This document shows, piece after piece, positions 63,536-64,000 of a stretch of 64,000 bases of DNA. The stretch is from NCBI GenBank assembly GCA_008632985.1, contig QPGO01000042.1, positions 372,001-436,000 on the forward strand, given 5' to 3'. This stretch comes from Psammoneis japonica. Lineage: Eukaryota. The notes beneath the pieces were generated by a model, which saw only the letters and a list, made by a program, of their open reading frames with translations, searched no databases and had not been told where the DNA came from. The translations under genes and the position numbers were made by a program. Within the stretch, counting starts at the first letter, position 1; each line of letters opens with the position of its first letter.

Positions 63536-63990
63536 GAGACGTGACTTGATGTCCAGCAATGAAGAAACAAGATGGGGCACAGCAATTGCCCCATGAAGAA
63601 TGTTGGTGCACTCTTCGACACCAACATGTTCCAGCTGAGTGCCAATCACATTGAAAATGTGGCACTGTGAATGGAGTCAACAACAGGACCAGTGGCCCTT
63701 GGATCACATTGTTGCACCATTGACTCCAATCAAGTGACAGCCACAGCAATGCATCCAAACCAAAAGAATGCAACCCACTCAATCTTCTTCTCAAGAGGTT
63801 TGAAATCCTTTTGAAAAGTTCCTTGGACAAATGAGTGTGGGAAGAACCAGCGGATCTCACCGTGAATGCTCTGAAGCAAATCTGCAATGCGTGAGAACCT
63901 TCTCCCATCACAGGCTTTGGCCGCATCCACTTGAAAGAATTTTTTCCATTTGTTGAAGATTGAAGTCTTAAAAATGAAGTTGCACAGAAT
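63535..63990 (+). mobile_element. Degenerate Gypsy protease/RT-junction fragment homologous to 454-930; partial inverted copies at 61245-61450 and 63020-63220
   Basis: gccccatgaagaatgttggtgcactcttcga versus ctcccatgaagaatgttgacacactcttcga. LNLLLKRFEILLKSSLDK versus LNFLLKRFENLFDGSLGK. Confidence 0.8.
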
Positions 63991-64000
63991 TCTGCGAGCC

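Overview
Eukaryotic genomic DNA, probably from a pennate diatom (inferred from ~80-160 nt introns, a diatom-style TM-LRR gene, PS/PT-repeat secreted-protein relics and a bipartite-looking plastid leader). Two gene-dense blocks alternate with repeat-derived blocks. About 8.2-24.4 kb holds an ISWI-type remodeller, Sec31, an Atg22-like MFS transporter, deoxyhypusine synthase and an LRR protein. About 42.5-54.5 kb holds a PH protein, RPL13A, P5C reductase, a SPRY protein, ATP phosphoribosyltransferase and a UPF1-like helicase. The repeat blocks are ~1-8.1, 19.9-21.3, 27.1-42.2 and 54.6-64 kb. The main discovery is that the repeat blocks have almost no TpA dinucleotides. TpA has been converted to TpG or CpA (A:T->G:C at TA, on both strands), turning Tyr into Cys/His in a Gypsy pol and in copied host-gene fragments. 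Paralog pairs inside the window show the same change. This is the mirror image of fungal RIP and suggests a repeat-targeted adenine-mutating genome-defence process. Older repeats have also lost CpG. Loss of TAA/TAG makes most short Cys/His-rich ORFs in these blocks spurious. All counts are manual and approximate.
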